The translations under genes were made by a program, and so were the position numbers. Positions 29,039 through 38,543 of a stretch of DNA of 64,000 nt are shown here, piece after piece (within the stretch, counting starts at the first letter, position 1; each line of letters opens with the position of its first letter). Source of the stretch: Succinivibrionaceae bacterium (GTDB taxonomy: Bacteria > Pseudomonadota > Gammaproteobacteria > Enterobacterales > Succinivibrionaceae); assembly GCA_017480795.1 (NCBI GenBank), contig JAFURY010000049.1, positions 2 to 64,001 on the forward strand, written 5' to 3'. The notes below the pieces were generated by a model. The model was not told where the DNA came from. It did no database searches and worked only from the letters and a program-made list of their open reading frames with translations.

Positions 29039-30679
29039 CTAGATTTCGGGATGCCGCGACAGACGCGCAAGCAGCTGGAACATGTCCCTCAAAAGCTTCG
29101 GCACGCCCTCCGGTCCCAGCCGATCCGCCCGCTCCACCACGTTGATGGCCAGCCCCGGCTTGCTGCGACGGTGAATGGCCCGCTCGATGATTTTGTTCAC
29201 CGCCATGTTCTGCGCGTCTCCGTATCCGGATTCCCTGCGGTAAACGCTCTCAAAGCCGTTGTGGAAGAGAAAATGCTCGATGTCCGCCTCCGGCAGCTTG
29301 GTGAGATGATCCTCCGCCCTCTGGCCGTGGCGGAGCTGTCCCTGGGCGATGGCGGCGTATTTGATGCCGGCCTCGTCCCCGTCGCAGAGCAGATGCCAGC
29401 TGATGCCGAACTGCCGGGCGAAGGCGATAAGGGGCGAGGCGCCGCACTGGGCGAATTCTATCACCCGGATCCCCTCGGCCTGCAGATTGATGCCGGCGAT
29501 GGCCGCCAGCTGCAGCATGAGCCAGATCTCGGTCTCCCCCTCCACCAGCAGCCACACCCGGGCGAACATGCTCATGGGACGGGTCAGACGGACATGGGAG
29601 GCCAGACGCCTGATGTCGTCGGTGGAAAAGGCGCGCTCGCCAAGAGCGTAGCATTTGACGTCGCCGTGCTCGTCGCGCACCATCCGGCGCATGTCCGACA
29701 GTCCCAGACAGGAAAGCAGATCCCCGGAGTAGGTGGAAAAAATCTTCTGAAAGCCGACATGCTCCAGAATGTTCATGAACATCATCAGGTACGACGGATG
29801 CAGACGGCTTTCCAGATCGCTCATGATGAGAATGGGAAAGCAGACTCTTGGCAGTCTGCGACGCCCCCGGGCCCTGAGCACCGCATCCTGAAAGATCACC
29901 ATGATGAGCTTCATGGTGCGGGTGGTGGATTCGAAAAGGCTCTGCAGCGTGCCCATGGCCGAAAGAGACAGAGGCCGGGAGGCGATTTCCCGGGCCGAGC
30001 GGTAGCGCATGGCGCGGGTTTCGCGGAAATCCGGAATGTAGGAGCCGATGATGAAGCTCAGCGCCTCGATGCCCTCGTCCACCGAGCGCCGATCAAGTCC
30101 GAGAGGATCCTGCTCGTCGTCCGAGAGCTTGTCAGCCAGGGCCGAAATCTTCTTTTCCCATTCGTTGCTGTAGTTGATCTGCCCCTTGGAGCGGTCCATG
30201 CGGCTGTCGCGGATCCTGAACACCGGACTCATGGCGATGAACTGGCTCACCGCCCGGCGGGTGGTGCGGATGGGCGCGCCGTCAAAGGCGCAGAAGCAGT
30301 GGCGGGTGGACACTCTGGTCCCCTTGCGCTGGGCATAGATGTGATAGTGAATTCTGCAGAAATCGTCCCGTCCCCGCTGCACGAATGGCCGGAAGTGCCG
30401 GAAGGACAGGGATCGTTCCATCTGCCCGGTCCTGCTTTCCCTGAACACCAGCCTGATCTCCATATGGGTCAGGCTTTCGCCGGTTTCCTCGTCGATGTAG
30501 AAGTCCTCGGCGCTGAAGCGGCATGGGGACATGCCGTTGCCGAACACCCTGGCCAGCAGGTTGAACAGGGAGCTTTTGCCCCATCCGTTCTCGCCGATGA
30601 GGGCGTTGACCCGATCCAGCCTGAGATCAAGACTGCGGATACCGAAATATCCTTTCACCACCACCTGTTCCAGGATCAT
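29039..30679 (-). CDS. ybjD: YbjD-like OLD-family ATP-dependent nuclease (ABC ATPase + TOPRIM)
   Basis: MILEQVVVKGYFGIRSLDLRLDRVNALIGENGWGKSSLFNLL parallels the E. coli YbjD N-terminus. The C-terminal TOPRIM reads VWLLVEGETEIWL...VIEFAQCGASPL...HLLCDGDEAG. The start ATG overlaps the OMF stop (ATGA). Confidence 0.8.
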   Translation of the reverse strand: MILEQVVVKGYFGIRSLDLRLDRVNALIGENGWGKSSLFNLLARVFGNGMSPCRFSAEDFYIDEETGESLTHMEIRLVFRESRTGQMERSLSFRHFRPFVQRGRDDFCRIHYHIYAQRKGTRVSTRHCFCAFDGAPIRTTRRAVSQFIAMSPVFRIRDSRMDRSKGQINYSNEWEKKISALADKLSDDEQDPLGLDRRSVDEGIEALSFIIGSYIPDFRETRAMRYRSAREIASRPLSLSAMGTLQSLFESTTRTMKLIMVIFQDAVLRARGRRRLPRVCFPILIMSDLESRLHPSYLMMFMNILEHVGFQKIFSTYSGDLLSCLGLSDMRRMVRDEHGDVKCYALGERAFSTDDIRRLASHVRLTRPMSMFARVWLLVEGETEIWLMLQLAAIAGINLQAEGIRVIEFAQCGASPLIAFARQFGISWHLLCDGDEAGIKYAAIAQGQLRHGQRAEDHLTKLPEADIEHFLFHNGFESVYRRESGYGDAQNMAVNKIIERAIHRRSKPGLAINVVERADRLGPEGVPKLLRDMFQLLARLSRHPEI

Positions 30680-32073
30680 CGCATCGCGCCTCCCAGAGCC
30701 TTGTACAGCATGGCGGAGGATTCCAGCTCTCCCCGCAGCTCGTTGAGATACTCCACGGCGGTGGCTCTGAGGGTTCTGCGGTTGTCCAGAAAATCCCCGT
30801 AGCTCATTTTTCCGCTTTCGTACCACAGTTTGTAATAACGGTCGTTCTCCTCCGCCAGTTCAAGGGCCTTTGCGGTGTTCTCAAGCCGCGCTCTGCCCGT
30901 CTCCAGCTGCACAAGATATTCCTTCACCTCGAACAGCGCCCCCCGGAGGGTCTTTTCAAAATCAAGCACCGCCTTTTCATAGGTGGCCTTTGACACGTTG
31001 CGGTTGAGGGTCAGATTTTTGTAGTTCAGAAACGGCGCCGCAAGAGTTCCCGCCACTGACAGATACGGATCATCGAAGAATTTCAGCAGCGCCGGGGAAC
31101 CGGCGCCCAGCGTTCCGGTGAGAGTCAGCGTCGGAAAGAAGCTCAGGGCGCTGGCATCAAATTCCGCAAGTTTCGACTTCAGAGAGTTTTCCGCGGATCT
31201 GAGATCCGGGCGGTTTTCCAGAATGTCGGCGGGGATGCCGGGCCTGATCCGGGGCACCTTCCGGCCCTTGAGAGTGAAGGCGGACGGATCGGTTTTCAGT
31301 TCGCCTGCGCTGTCGGCGCCCAGCAGCAGAAGAAGAGCGTCGGTAGACTCCTCCAGCTGCCGGCGGTAGGTTTCCACGTTGCTTTGGGCGTTCAGCTGCT
31401 GGCTCCTGGTGCGGTTGTAGTCGTAAAGAGAGATGGCGCCCTCGTCATACTTGAGCTTGGCAAGCCTGATGAGCACCTCGTATTCCCTGACGTTTTCCAT
31501 CTCGCTGGCCATGGCGTCGTTGAGATAGGCCGTCTTCCAGTAGGCGGAGGCGATCTGGGAGGTCAGGGCCAGCCTTACGGCCTGATAGTCCTCGTAGCCG
31601 GCCTCGTAGGCGAAACGGGCGGCATCCCGCTGGGCCTTGAGCCTGCCGAAAAGATCGATCTCGTAGGAGATGCCCAGGGAGGCGGATGACGACGGAGACT
31701 TGCGCCCGTCGTGATCCCAGGTCTTGGAGGAGGACAGTCTGGCGTTTGGCGTCGGCAGCAGGGAAAGATCCTCGATGTCGGCCCGGTAGGCGGCGATCTG
31801 GAGGGTCTTGGCGGCGGACTTCAGATCGGTTCCCGCCTCCAGCCCCTGCTCTATGAGCCCGGTCAGAACCGGATCCTCGAAATCAAGCCACCAGCTGCCC
31901 TCGGGACTGCGCATCACCGATTCGTACCCGGATTCGTCGTTCCAGGCGCCGGCGGTGTTCACCGCATCGGTGCGCTGATATTCGCTGCGGAGAATGTCGC
32001 AGCCCGATGATGCGGTCAGCGCCAGTCCCAGCGCCAGCGGGACGAGCGTTCTGCGCATGGAAATGTGTTTCAT
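30676..32073 (-). CDS. Efflux outer-membrane factor lipoprotein (NodT/TolC family)
   Basis: Lipobox LTASSGC. Two TolC-like repeat halves. Immediately downstream of macB (3-nt gap). Confidence 0.85.
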   Translation of the reverse strand: MKHISMRRTLVPLALGLALTASSGCDILRSEYQRTDAVNTAGAWNDESGYESVMRSPEGSWWLDFEDPVLTGLIEQGLEAGTDLKSAAKTLQIAAYRADIEDLSLLPTPNARLSSSKTWDHDGRKSPSSSASLGISYEIDLFGRLKAQRDAARFAYEAGYEDYQAVRLALTSQIASAYWKTAYLNDAMASEMENVREYEVLIRLAKLKYDEGAISLYDYNRTRSQQLNAQSNVETYRRQLEESTDALLLLLGADSAGELKTDPSAFTLKGRKVPRIRPGIPADILENRPDLRSAENSLKSKLAEFDASALSFFPTLTLTGTLGAGSPALLKFFDDPYLSVAGTLAAPFLNYKNLTLNRNVSKATYEKAVLDFEKTLRGALFEVKEYLVQLETGRARLENTAKALELAEENDRYYKLWYESGKMSYGDFLDNRRTLRATAVEYLNELRGELESSAMLYKALGGAMR

Positions 32074-32076
32074 AGC

Positions 32077-34068
32077 TTACTCCCTTGCCAGGGCCACGAT
32101 AGGATCAAGCCGGGCCGCGTTCTTGGCCGGCAGGTAGCCGAAAACCACGCCGATAAGGGTGGAGCAGGTCACCGCCGCCACAATGGAGAACATGGAGAAC
32201 ATCATGCTCATGGACTGCACGAAGTACGAGAAGATCACGCTCACCATATAGGAGCAGAAAATTCCCAGCACGCCGCCGATGATGCACACCAGCACCGCCT
32301 CGATGAGAAACTGCTGCAGAATGTCCGACTTTCTGGCCCCCACCGCCATGCGGATGCCGATCTCCTTGGTGCGCTCCGTCACCGACACCAGCATGATGTT
32401 CATGACGCCGATGCCGCCCACCACCAGGGAGATCACGGCGATGCAGGAGACCAGCAGCGTCAGTGTGCCGGTGGTTTCCTGAATGGTCTTCAAAATGGTG
32501 TCGCTGCTGCTGGTGAAAATGTCCTTGGCGTTGTGGCGGATGGTGAGAAAGTTGGTGATCTGCTGCTCCGCCACGGCGTTGGACCAGCCGTCCTTCACTC
32601 TCACCACAATGGTGCTGAGATGGTTGTCTCCGGTGACCCGGTAGATGGCCGAGGTGTAGGGAATGTACACCTTCAGCGCGTCGGGATTGCCGAAAGGCGA
32701 CTCCTCCTTTTCCATGACGCCGATGATGACGCAGGGCAGCTTGCCCAGAATGATGATTTTGCCCAGCGGATCAGTGTCCGGGAAAAACTTTTTGCGGGTG
32801 TTGTCGTCGATGACGGCCACCTGGGCCAGCTCGTTCACCAGCGACTTGTCGAAAAAGCGGCCGGAGGCCATTTTGATGCCCTTGACCCGGGCGTACTGAT
32901 CGCTGACGCCGTTGATCTGCCCGCTGGCCTCTGCGGTCTGATAGTAGAACACCGCCGAGGAGGTCACCGTGGGAGTAACGCTGTCCACGTAAATCTCTCC
33001 CCGCAGGGCCTCCAGATCGTAGACGGACAGGGACTTTATGCGGTTGGCCCGGACGTCGCCCCAGTCCTTGCCGGGAAAAATGCTGATGGTGTTGGTGCCC
33101 ATGGCGCTGATGTTGTCGGTGACCCGTTTGGAGGCGCCCTTGCCCAGCGCCACCACCGACACCACGGCCATAATGCCGATGATGATGCCCAGCATGGTCA
33201 GAAGGGTCCGCATGCGGTGGGAAACCATGGCGATCCAGGCCATTTTGAAGGCCTCCCGGAAACGCGACACGGCGGCGGCCAGGGAGCCCAGAGCGGACAG
33301 ACTCAGATCCGGAGCCTGATCCCGCTCCGCCCCGTCCGTCTCCTCGGCTGTCAGCGGCTCGGTGATGCTGTCGTTGGCCCGGTCGGAGATCACGTTGCCG
33401 TCGCGGATCTCGATGATTCTTCCCGCATGGGCGGCGATGGACGGATCGTGGGTCACTATGATCACCGTGTGTCCGGCGGCGTTGAGCTCCTTGAGGATGC
33501 GGATCACCTCACGGCCGCTTCTGGTGTCCAGGGCGCCGGTGGGCTCGTCGGCCAGGATCACCTGTCCGCCGTTCATCAGAGCCCGGGCGATGGAGACCCG
33601 CTGCTGCTGGCCGCCGGAGAGCTGGCTTGGCAGATGCTCCGTCTTGTCCCCCAGTCCCAGCCGTTCCAGCAGCTTCATGGCGTTCTCCTGGCGCCGGCTT
33701 CCACCGACTCCTGCATAAATCGCCGGGATTTCCACGTTGCTGGCGGCGCTGAGATGGGACAGAAGATGATAGCGCTGGAAAATGAACCCGAAATAGTTGC
33801 GCCTCAGGGCCGCGAGATCGTCGGATTTAAGGGTCCGGATGGACACTCCGTCGATAAGGTATTCCCCCTCAGAAGGCTTGTCCAGACAGCCGATGATGTT
33901 CATCAGGGTGGACTTGCCGGAGCCGGAGGCGCCGATGATGGCCACCAGCTCCCCCTGGTAGATGTCAAGACTGATGCCGTGGAGCACCTCGATTTTCTGA
34001 TCTCCCGACGGATAGGAGCGCCGCACCTCCTTCAGGGACAGCAGCGGCTTTTTCTCTTCTTCGGTCAT
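32077..34068 (-). CDS. macB: Macrolide/peptide export ABC transporter ATP-binding/permease MacB
   Basis: N-terminal ABC domain (GASGSGKST, LSGGQQQRVSIARAL, ILADEPTGALD) fused to an FtsX-type permease. ATGA overlap with macA. Confidence 0.92.
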   Translation of the reverse strand: MTEEEKKPLLSLKEVRRSYPSGDQKIEVLHGISLDIYQGELVAIIGASGSGKSTLMNIIGCLDKPSEGEYLIDGVSIRTLKSDDLAALRRNYFGFIFQRYHLLSHLSAASNVEIPAIYAGVGGSRRQENAMKLLERLGLGDKTEHLPSQLSGGQQQRVSIARALMNGGQVILADEPTGALDTRSGREVIRILKELNAAGHTVIIVTHDPSIAAHAGRIIEIRDGNVISDRANDSITEPLTAEETDGAERDQAPDLSLSALGSLAAAVSRFREAFKMAWIAMVSHRMRTLLTMLGIIIGIMAVVSVVALGKGASKRVTDNISAMGTNTISIFPGKDWGDVRANRIKSLSVYDLEALRGEIYVDSVTPTVTSSAVFYYQTAEASGQINGVSDQYARVKGIKMASGRFFDKSLVNELAQVAVIDDNTRKKFFPDTDPLGKIIILGKLPCVIIGVMEKEESPFGNPDALKVYIPYTSAIYRVTGDNHLSTIVVRVKDGWSNAVAEQQITNFLTIRHNAKDIFTSSSDTILKTIQETTGTLTLLVSCIAVISLVVGGIGVMNIMLVSVTERTKEIGIRMAVGARKSDILQQFLIEAVLVCIIGGVLGIFCSYMVSVIFSYFVQSMSMMFSMFSIVAAVTCSTLIGVVFGYLPAKNAARLDPIVALARE

Positions 34069-35252
34069 AGACGTGGCGGTCCTCTGCGCTTCTTGTTCTT
34101 CTCGTTGGCCATGGCGGCGTTCTCGGCGGTCTCCACGTCGTCCCCCAGAATCAGCAGATCGTTCTCCTCAAGCCCCGAGAGCACCTCGATGCTGGACTGA
34201 TCCCGAAGTCCGGTCTGGACGATGACGGAGGCGGGCCGGTTGTTTTTCAGCACCGACACCCGGTAGCGGTTCTCCCCCTCGGTTCCCCTGAGGGAGGAAA
34301 TCGGGATCAGCAGCGCGTTCTTGTGCTCGTCGAGAATGATCCGGCATTCGGCGGTCATGGAAACCCGGAGAGTGCGATCATCGTTGGGAATGTCGAACTC
34401 GGCGTTGTAGTAGATGGCGGATGAGGACGATGAAGACGAGGTGGTGGTGGTGGATGCCGCCGAGGAAGGAGCCGGCTCCACCTTCTTCAGCACGGAGGTG
34501 AAGGTGCGGTAGGGCTGGCCGAGAATGGTGAAGTTCACCTTCATGCCGGGTCTGACTTTTACCACGTCGGCCTCGCTGATCTCCGCCTTCACCGTCATGG
34601 TGTCCATTTTGGCCAGTTTGAGAATGGTGGATGCGGTCTGGTTGGACACCACGGTCTGGCCCTCGTCGGTGACCACCGCGATGACCACGCCGTCAATGGG
34701 CGCCGAAATCTGGGTGTAGCCCACGTTGATCTTGGCGGTGTCCACCTTGACGATGGCCTGCTGGATCTGCTGCTCCACCACGGTGACCTGGGCCCTGGCG
34801 GATTCCAGCGCGGCCTCGGCGGCTTCGAAATCCGCCCGGGCGCCGGCGTTCTGACCGGAAAGCCGCTCCTGGCGCCGGTATTCCAGCTGGGCCTTTTTGA
34901 GAGAGGCTTTGGCGGCGTTGAGCTGGGCCCGGTAGGTGCTCAGCTGGGCCTGGGCGTCCTTGAGACTGTTCTCCTGGGTGCGGGAGTCGATCTGTGCCAG
35001 CAGCATGCCGGCCTTGACCTCGTCGCCGGTGTCCACATAGAGCTTCTGCAGCTGGCCGGAAACCTGGGCGCCCACGCTCACCTGCTTGGATCCCTCAAGA
35101 GTGCCGGTGGCCTCCACTCCGGAAACGATGTCGCCGCGCTTCACCTTGATGGTCATGTACTGGCGCCGGGCCTCCGGCTCCGGGGCGAAGCGCCAGTAGC
35201 ACACTCCCGCCAGGACCGAGGCCAGTATCAGGATGGCGATTAATTTTTTCAT
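34065..35252 (-). CDS. macA: Periplasmic adaptor (membrane fusion protein) MacA
   Basis: Signal anchor, coiled-coil hairpin region, lipoyl/beta-barrel segments typical of HlyD/MacA. Operon partner of macB. Confidence 0.85.
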   Translation of the reverse strand: MKKLIAILILASVLAGVCYWRFAPEPEARRQYMTIKVKRGDIVSGVEATGTLEGSKQVSVGAQVSGQLQKLYVDTGDEVKAGMLLAQIDSRTQENSLKDAQAQLSTYRAQLNAAKASLKKAQLEYRRQERLSGQNAGARADFEAAEAALESARAQVTVVEQQIQQAIVKVDTAKINVGYTQISAPIDGVVIAVVTDEGQTVVSNQTASTILKLAKMDTMTVKAEISEADVVKVRPGMKVNFTILGQPYRTFTSVLKKVEPAPSSAASTTTTSSSSSSSAIYYNAEFDIPNDDRTLRVSMTAECRIILDEHKNALLIPISSLRGTEGENRYRVSVLKNNRPASVIVQTGLRDQSSIEVLSGLEENDLLILGDDVETAENAAMANEKNKKRRGPPRL

Positions 35253-35342
35253 GAATTCCCCGCAAATATCAAAGAGTCGTGCATCTCACTCCTGACAATT
35301 GAGAGTGTGACAGACGTCAAAATGTTCCCAACAACCCGCCGG

Positions 35343-35642
35343 CTATTTCTTCAGCCAGTTTTTCATCTGCTCCGCGGTCACGCCGTCGCCGATGATTTCG
35401 TCATCCCCGTCGTCGCCTTCAATTCCGTCAAAGAAGGCCTGCTGTGAATCCGCCTTCCGATCCTCGGACGGCCTTGCCGGAAGAGCCGAGATCTCGAAGG
35501 GTATTTTCTGCTCCCGAACCAGCTGGGCGGCGTAAACGTTCATCAGCGCCGAAAAGCTCATGTGCAGCTTTTTCGCCAGCTCGTCCACCTGTTTTTTCAG
35601 ATCGGAGTCGATTCTGAAATTCACTTTGATGGTTTTTCCCAA
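35343..35642 (-). CDS. Orphan RelB/DinJ-family antitoxin-like protein
   Basis: KVNFRIDSDLKKQVDELAKKLHMSFSALMNVYAAQLVREQKIPFEIS matches the DinJ ribbon-helix-helix pattern. The tail is acidic. Probable TTG start at 35642, 5 nt after GGAGG; the track start at 35657 is also TTG. Confidence 0.6.
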   Translation of the reverse strand: MGKTIKVNFRIDSDLKKQVDELAKKLHMSFSALMNVYAAQLVREQKIPFEISALPARPSEDRKADSQQAFFDGIEGDDGDDEIIGDGVTAEQMKNWLKK

Positions 35643-35752
35643 TTGAACCTCCTGCAACAGCCGTCGGCCGCCAGAACGCCGCCGTCGCGCGCGACCTGTT
35701 TCTGGCGCCCCGCCGGTCGAACGATCTCAACGCCTGCCTTGAAAACACGGCG

Positions 35753-36049
35753 TCATGAATGGCCGGCGCCTCGTTTCCCCGTCCCGCCGAATTTTTCATC
35801 CAGCATTTTCTCCACCTCGTCGGGCTCCCTGAGACACAGATGATAGCCCCGGGATGCCAGCGCCTGCGCCAGAACATCCCGGTCAACCTGAACCAGGCGT
35901 CCCACCTTTTTAGTGTCGAAAGCCATGATTTCCCGCGTTCTGCCCAGCAGTTTTGCAAGCTCGTCGGGCAGATGCAGCTCGCCAATAGGCTTTGCCGAAT
36001 ACAGCCATGCCCCGGGATGGCTCAGACTGCGATAAACGATGCACTTCAT
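35753..36049 (-). CDS. ycgL: YcgL-domain protein
   Basis: MKCIVYRSLSHPGAWLYSAKP...LPDELAKLLG parallels E. coli YcgL (MFCVIYRSSKRDQTYLYVEKK..VPEELMKGFG). Adjacent to minCDE, as in E. coli. Start at ATG 36049. Confidence 0.75.
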   Translation of the reverse strand: MKCIVYRSLSHPGAWLYSAKPIGELHLPDELAKLLGRTREIMAFDTKKVGRLVQVDRDVLAQALASRGYHLCLREPDEVEKMLDEKFGGTGKRGAGHS

Positions 36050-36239
36050 ACAAAATAACAACCTCAGGGATCGCGCGTCAAAGGCCGATGCCCGCGATCT
36101 TTCCTGCCCATGTCCTGCCCGGTCATGTCTCATCGCCAAGGCTGCATGGACAACAAAAAACCGGAGTGATTCCCATCATTCCGGCTGCGAAAAACGGCAT
36201 GCCCCGGCCACGGGGCCGGGAACTGCAGAAACAGACGGA

Positions 36240-36557
36240 TCAGCGTCCGCCGGCGCCATTGTCCGGAATGGATACCTTGACCTCGCCGCCGAGATCAGGA
36301 AGATTGACCTGCAGATCAATGTAGGTGGTGTCGTTTTCCTTCTTGAGGTTGGTGCATACGTTGCCGATGTCGATGTTGGCCTGGTAATGCTCGTTGAGCA
36401 CCTTCAGCACCGCGATCTGAATCTTCTTGATGAGCTCTGAAGGATCGTTGCCCTCCTCCACCGGATGCGTGATGAGGATCTCCAGCATTCGCTGCTTGGC
36501 TATCTGCGCCGAAGACTGCTTGTCGTTCTTCTTGCGGAACACGTCAAAAATACCCAT
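36240..36557 (-). CDS. minE: Cell division topological specificity factor MinE
   Basis: N-terminus FDVFRKK....SAQIAKQRMLEIL. Position after minD. Confidence 0.85.
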   Translation of the reverse strand: MGIFDVFRKKNDKQSSAQIAKQRMLEILITHPVEEGNDPSELIKKIQIAVLKVLNEHYQANIDIGNVCTNLKKENDTTYIDLQVNLPDLGGEVKVSIPDNGAGGR

Positions 36558-36571
36558 GACCTATCTCCCTG

Positions 36572-37396
36572 CTACTTCTTAGAGAATATACGGCTCAGCA
36601 GTCCGCGCTTCTTCTCGATCTCGGTGAATCTCATCGGGATGTTGGAGCCGTCAAGACGCTCCACCGTGTCCTGATACGCCTGTCCGGCGCGGCTTTCGCT
36701 GTTCATGATCACCGACTCGCCCTTGTTGGAGGCGTCGATGACGTCCTGGGATTCGGGAATGACGCCCAGCACAGGCACCTTCAGAATTTCAAAGACGTCC
36801 TCCACCGACATCATGCCGCCCACGGCCACCCGGCTGGGATCGTAGCGGGTGATGAGCAGATGCTCCTTGATGGGCTCCTGGCCCGTTTCGGCCCGCTCGC
36901 TTTTGGAGGAGAGGATGCCCAGAATGCGGTCGGAGTCGCGGATGGAGGAGACCTCGGGGTTGGTCACCACGATGGCCTCGTCGGCGAAGTACAGCGCCAT
37001 CAGGGCGCCCTGCTCGATGCCGGCCGGGGAATCGCAGATGATGTACTCGAAGCCCATCTGCCTCAGCTCGCCTATGACGCGGCGCACCCCGTCCTTCACC
37101 AGGGCGTCCTTGTCCTTGGTCTGGCTGGCGGCCAGAATGTACAGCTGGCCGTTGGCCACATGCTTGTCCTGGATCAGAGCCTGGTTGAGATTGGCATCCC
37201 CCTGGATGACGTTGATGAAGTCGAATACGACTCTGCGCTCGCACCCGAGAATAAGATCCAGATTGCGCAATCCCACATCAAAATCAATTACCACGGTTTT
37301 GTGGCCCTTCATGGCCAGACCGGTTGCAATCGCGGCGCTGGTCGTGGTTTTTCCTACTCCACCCTTGCCTGAGGTTACAACGATTACGCGTGACAT
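36572..37396 (-). CDS. minD: Septum site-determining ATPase MinD
   Basis: VIVVTSGKGGVGKTTTSAAIATGLA (deviant Walker A), IICDSPAGIE, C-terminal amphipathic helix KRGLLSRIF. Confidence 0.97.
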   Translation of the reverse strand: MSRVIVVTSGKGGVGKTTTSAAIATGLAMKGHKTVVIDFDVGLRNLDLILGCERRVVFDFINVIQGDANLNQALIQDKHVANGQLYILAASQTKDKDALVKDGVRRVIGELRQMGFEYIICDSPAGIEQGALMALYFADEAIVVTNPEVSSIRDSDRILGILSSKSERAETGQEPIKEHLLITRYDPSRVAVGGMMSVEDVFEILKVPVLGVIPESQDVIDASNKGESVIMNSESRAGQAYQDTVERLDGSNIPMRFTEIEKKRGLLSRIFSKK

Positions 37397-37399
37397 AAA

Positions 37400-38161
37400 C
37401 TATTTTTCCTTTTCTTTAAAATCAAAATATTTGAACTTGTTGTTCTCAAGACTGATCTGCACCGCCTTGTGACGGAACTGGGGCTCGATGGCATCGCCGG
37501 GCTTGTAGATGCCGCCGATGGAAATCAGTTCGGCATCAAGATTCATGCACACGATGTGGGCATCTTCGTTCTCGTCCCTGACTCCCGCCAGCGCCTTGCC
37601 TCTGAGAGCCCCCAGCACCGTGATGTCGTAGTCCGCGTACACCACGGCGCCGTTGCTGACGTCGCCCTTGACCAGAAGGGAGCAGCCGGCGGCTCTGATC
37701 TCGGTTCCAGAACGGACGTTGCCCTCCACCACCTTGGTGTTGCCGCAGGAGGACACCACCTGGGTCACCACCTTCACCTGCGGCTCGGCCTGAGCCGGAG
37801 TCGCAGAGGCGGCAGAAGCGCTTGGCGCGGCGGCCTGGGGCTGAGGCACGTCCCGGGCGCCCAGGGCGTTGAACACCGGATAGCCGGCGTTGAAAATTCT
37901 TACCTTGATGTCGTTCCTGTCGTTGACCCCGGAAAATCCCACCAGAATGAAATTGTACTTGTCGGTGATCTTTCTGATCTCGGCAATGTCCGGAATATCG
38001 TCGACCTCCTGGATGTTGATGATAAGAGCGCTGTTGTAGAAATAGCTCTTGTAGGCCTGCGTCTTTTCGTCAAGCGCCCGCTCGATGTCTCCGAGATTCG
38101 CGCTTCTGAGAAACAGACATGTGAAAGGCAGAGTCTGAGTCCTCACCTCGTTGCCAGACAT
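37400..38161 (-). CDS. minC: Septum site-determining protein MinC
   Basis: 253 aa, Pro/Ala-rich linker, C-terminal beta-helix segment (VRSGTEIRAAGCSLLVKGDVSNGAVVYADYDITVLGALRGKALAG). Upstream of minD. Confidence 0.85.
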   Translation of the reverse strand: MSGNEVRTQTLPFTCLFLRSANLGDIERALDEKTQAYKSYFYNSALIINIQEVDDIPDIAEIRKITDKYNFILVGFSGVNDRNDIKVRIFNAGYPVFNALGARDVPQPQAAAPSASAASATPAQAEPQVKVVTQVVSSCGNTKVVEGNVRSGTEIRAAGCSLLVKGDVSNGAVVYADYDITVLGALRGKALAGVRDENEDAHIVCMNLDAELISIGGIYKPGDAIEPQFRHKAVQISLENNKFKYFDFKEKEK

Positions 38162-38543
38162 TTTTCCCCCTAATCGACAGCAATAATCCGAACTTCTGCA
38201 ACCTCCTCATTATATCAAACGGCAGGGATGCGCAAAAGTGCCACAAAAGACGCGAGAGCCGGGAGTCATGAGATCGGCGGGGCGGGAACCCGTCCATCGG
38301 AGCCGGCATGCCGGGCGCGAGGTTCCGCTTCCGGCCCCGTTCCGTCTCCGGGACCGCCGGTTTCGGGAAATTTTGCGCTCTGAGCGCCCATATCCGGTCT
38401 CCGCCCCGCTCTGACCGCGAAATTCCGGACGTCTTGAAGGCAATTTTGTGAAGCGGCGGGCAGTTTTGAGTTATAATCGGCGATGCCATTGATTTGGTTC
38501 ACAATTTTGTATTTTTGTTTGATTTGCAGGCAGATTATTTACT

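Noticed and set aside
32065-34200. 711-aa plus-strand ORF opposite macB. The same pattern occurs at 61289..63412 opposite clpA, 29051..30802 opposite ybjD, 22317..23354 opposite clpX and 43817..45346 opposite fadD.
   Set aside because: All are antisense to genes with unambiguous motifs. Their compositions are dominated by H/G/D/A/V/L runs and none has a recognisable domain. I treated them as non-coding shadow frames.
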